Source: Paramoeba atlantica
Lineage: Eukaryota > Protista > Discosea
DNA: 64,000 nucleotides
Assembly (NCBI GenBank): GCA_977017575.1
Contig: CDRNVI010000015.1
Location: 434,001-498,000 of the forward strand
Direction of reading: 5' to 3'
Under the pieces are notes generated by a model. It searched no databases. It was not told where the DNA came from and saw only the letters and a list, made by a program, of their open reading frames with translations. The position numbers and the translations under genes are program-made. Of the stretch, positions 62,224 through 64,000 are shown in pieces (within the stretch, counting starts at the first letter, position 1; each line of letters opens with the position of its first letter).

Positions 62224-63525
62224 ATGGCATATTTTCCTTCTGTCACTCTGCATTCTACTCTTTTTGTTGCAATCGTTGCGTCCTTCATCCTTTTCCAAAG
62301 TCACTATCGAATATCCAGTCTTGAATTTTTGGTAAATAAGTTACCCTTGCGCCTAGCACGCGGCAGATTACCTTCAAAATTGAGCACTTTATCACGCCGA
62401 AAACCTATACGCGCGCTTGTAGTCCTTGGATCTGGCGGTCACACAACCGAAATGCTATACACTTTGCCAAATATCAAAAGCATGCTTTCTTTTTCTTATG
62501 TAATCGCGAGTAATGATAAGGGCAGCATATGGGCTCTCAAAGATTTCTCAAGTAGAGCACGGAAACAGGCAACTAACATTTGCCTGCCAAAAAATTCGTC
62601 ACGCAAAACACATAACCCATTGAACAGTGCAATGGTCTATCGCGTGCCTCGTGCTAGAAGCGTTCGTCAAAGCTATTTTACATCTATTTTTTCTTTTTTA
62701 CATTGTCTTATTGTTTCTGTCTTTATCTTGTTTCACTTCCAACCTGATATCCTCCTTACTAACGGTCCAGGTACGTGCGTTCCGATTGCGTTGGCCACGT
62801 TCTTTCTTCGTCCTTGGATTTCATGTAAAATTGTATATATGGAAAGCTTTGCTTGCGTGCGTTCTCTTTCGCTCTCTGGTAGGCTTCTATACAAATTTTG
62901 TGACCTATTCCTCGTTCGCTGGAAAAGCATTGCTAAGATTTATCCGAAAAGCACATACGTACCATCCGAAGGAGCAATTTCAGGTTATTTAATAGACCAA
63001 AACATGCTTCCTATTCGTGGGACAGGATTATCAGCTGATCCATATGTTTTGATTACCGTAGGATCCACTTGTTTTAACGAGTTGGTTAAAGCATGCGATG
63101 ATCCCTGGTTTGTGAAATGTATGCATGAGAAATATTGTATTAACAAAATTTTTATGCAGATTGGAACCGGTTCTTATATTCCTCAACATCCAGACATAGT
63201 GCATTTTCGCTTCCAGTCTACCGGATTTGCAGTATCACTCGCCAAAGCCACTCTCGTGATTGGACACGCAGGGGCCGGCACTATATTAGATACACTTCAA
63301 GGTGCTACACCCATGATTATTGTTCCAAACGAAAGCCTCATGAATGATCACCAAACCCAGCTTTCTCAGGAACTGAGTGAAAGAGGTATTCTCCAAACAC
63401 TTCGAATGCCCGAATTGAAATCAAAGCTTCCTATGTTACAGATTAAAAAATCTGAGACTGGATTTGTGGCGGGCGCTTACGGGGAATATTTATCGTCGCA
63501 TCTCGCCTTATTGAGTAAACCGTAA
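62224..63525 (+). CDS. ALG14-ALG13: Fused ALG14-ALG13 UDP-GlcNAc transferase
   Basis: ALG14 part VVLGSGGHTTEM, VPRARSVRQS, NGPGTCVP, YMESFA; ALG13 part LITVGST, QIGTG, VIGHAGAGT, VPNESLMNDHQ. Confidence 0.93.
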   Translation: MAYFPSVTLHSTLFVAIVASFILFQSHYRISSLEFLVNKLPLRLARGRLPSKLSTLSRRKPIRALVVLGSGGHTTEMLYTLPNIKSMLSFSYVIASNDKGSIWALKDFSSRARKQATNICLPKNSSRKTHNPLNSAMVYRVPRARSVRQSYFTSIFSFLHCLIVSVFILFHFQPDILLTNGPGTCVPIALATFFLRPWISCKIVYMESFACVRSLSLSGRLLYKFCDLFLVRWKSIAKIYPKSTYVPSEGAISGYLIDQNMLPIRGTGLSADPYVLITVGSTCFNELVKACDDPWFVKCMHEKYCINKIFMQIGTGSYIPQHPDIVHFRFQSTGFAVSLAKATLVIGHAGAGTILDTLQGATPMIIVPNESLMNDHQTQLSQELSERGILQTLRMPELKSKLPMLQIKKSETGFVAGAYGEYLSSHLALLSKP

Positions 63526-64000
63526 GAATCTAAAAACGTTAATACACCGCATACCGTGATCCTCCTGCTTCATTATCTGTCATTTGACCCCTAATCATTT
63601 AATGATTAGCTGACATTAGTATCCATCAGCTGAACTACATGTAGTAACCATCAAGTTTCTCTCAGCTTATCGCTGATTAAGGGCTTGTCCATCTGTCAGG
63701 ACCTTTTCCTAATTCCTCTCATTAATTTTTATAACTATAAATTTTCTTTTCGTTTATCTTTCATGTTTACAAAAATTAATAAGAAGGGGAGTACCCCCTT
63801 GCTTATGGGTTCGGAACTCATAAGTGTATCAGGACGGAAACCACCACCCCACAAAGGAAAAATCAGGCACAAGGCTTCCCGCCAATTCGACAAGGTGACC
63901 CTAACGAGTAGGATATGTTCCATCACATCTATGGAGCTGTCAAATACATTTCCTCTTAGAAAACTTTCCCCTTAGAAGAAAGAGCTAACAAGCGTACCAG

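Larger units (their letters stand above)
17892..63525 (+). other. Unidirectional, intronless gene cluster (polycistronic-type unit)
   Basis: Every recognisable host gene is on +. T-rich tracts ending in AG precede starts (e.g. 27850-27864, 33833-33853, 42781-42796). Confidence 0.75.

Overview
Intronless eukaryotic DNA that looks kinetoplastid (Euglenozoa). The lineage is inferred from: about 25 housekeeping ORFs all on the + strand from 17.9 to 63.5 kb (polycistronic layout), pyrimidine-tract/AG sites before start codons, an SRGH-type EndoG, an ALG14-ALG13 fusion, a degenerate spliced-leader-like 36-mer, and CRE/SLACS-like and VIPER/TATE-like retroelements. Bases 1-17.8 kb are a decayed mobile-element cluster with a Tc1/mariner transposon, a tyrosine-recombinase retroelement (YR then RT-RNase H), and a CRE-clade non-LTR element. 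The CRE-clade element carries tandem 2A-like peptides, has an SL-exon-like sequence at its 5' edge and is followed by a second truncated copy. The rest holds EndoG, cyclophilin, XRN, uL22m, a Plus3-PPP phosphatase, RER1, PPCS, an RMD1-family protein, a DUF1796-Myb protein, lipase, a dead-helicase/UHM protein, CWC25-like, PRP5, RPC1, ALG14-13 and hypotheticals, with many MITE-like elements between genes. The most distinctive unexplained structure is a non-coding element present six times. It has a ~115-nt 5' hairpin with conserved mismatches, a short 3' hairpin built from the same motif, and AAT at both flanks. All assignments are by eye; no database search was run.
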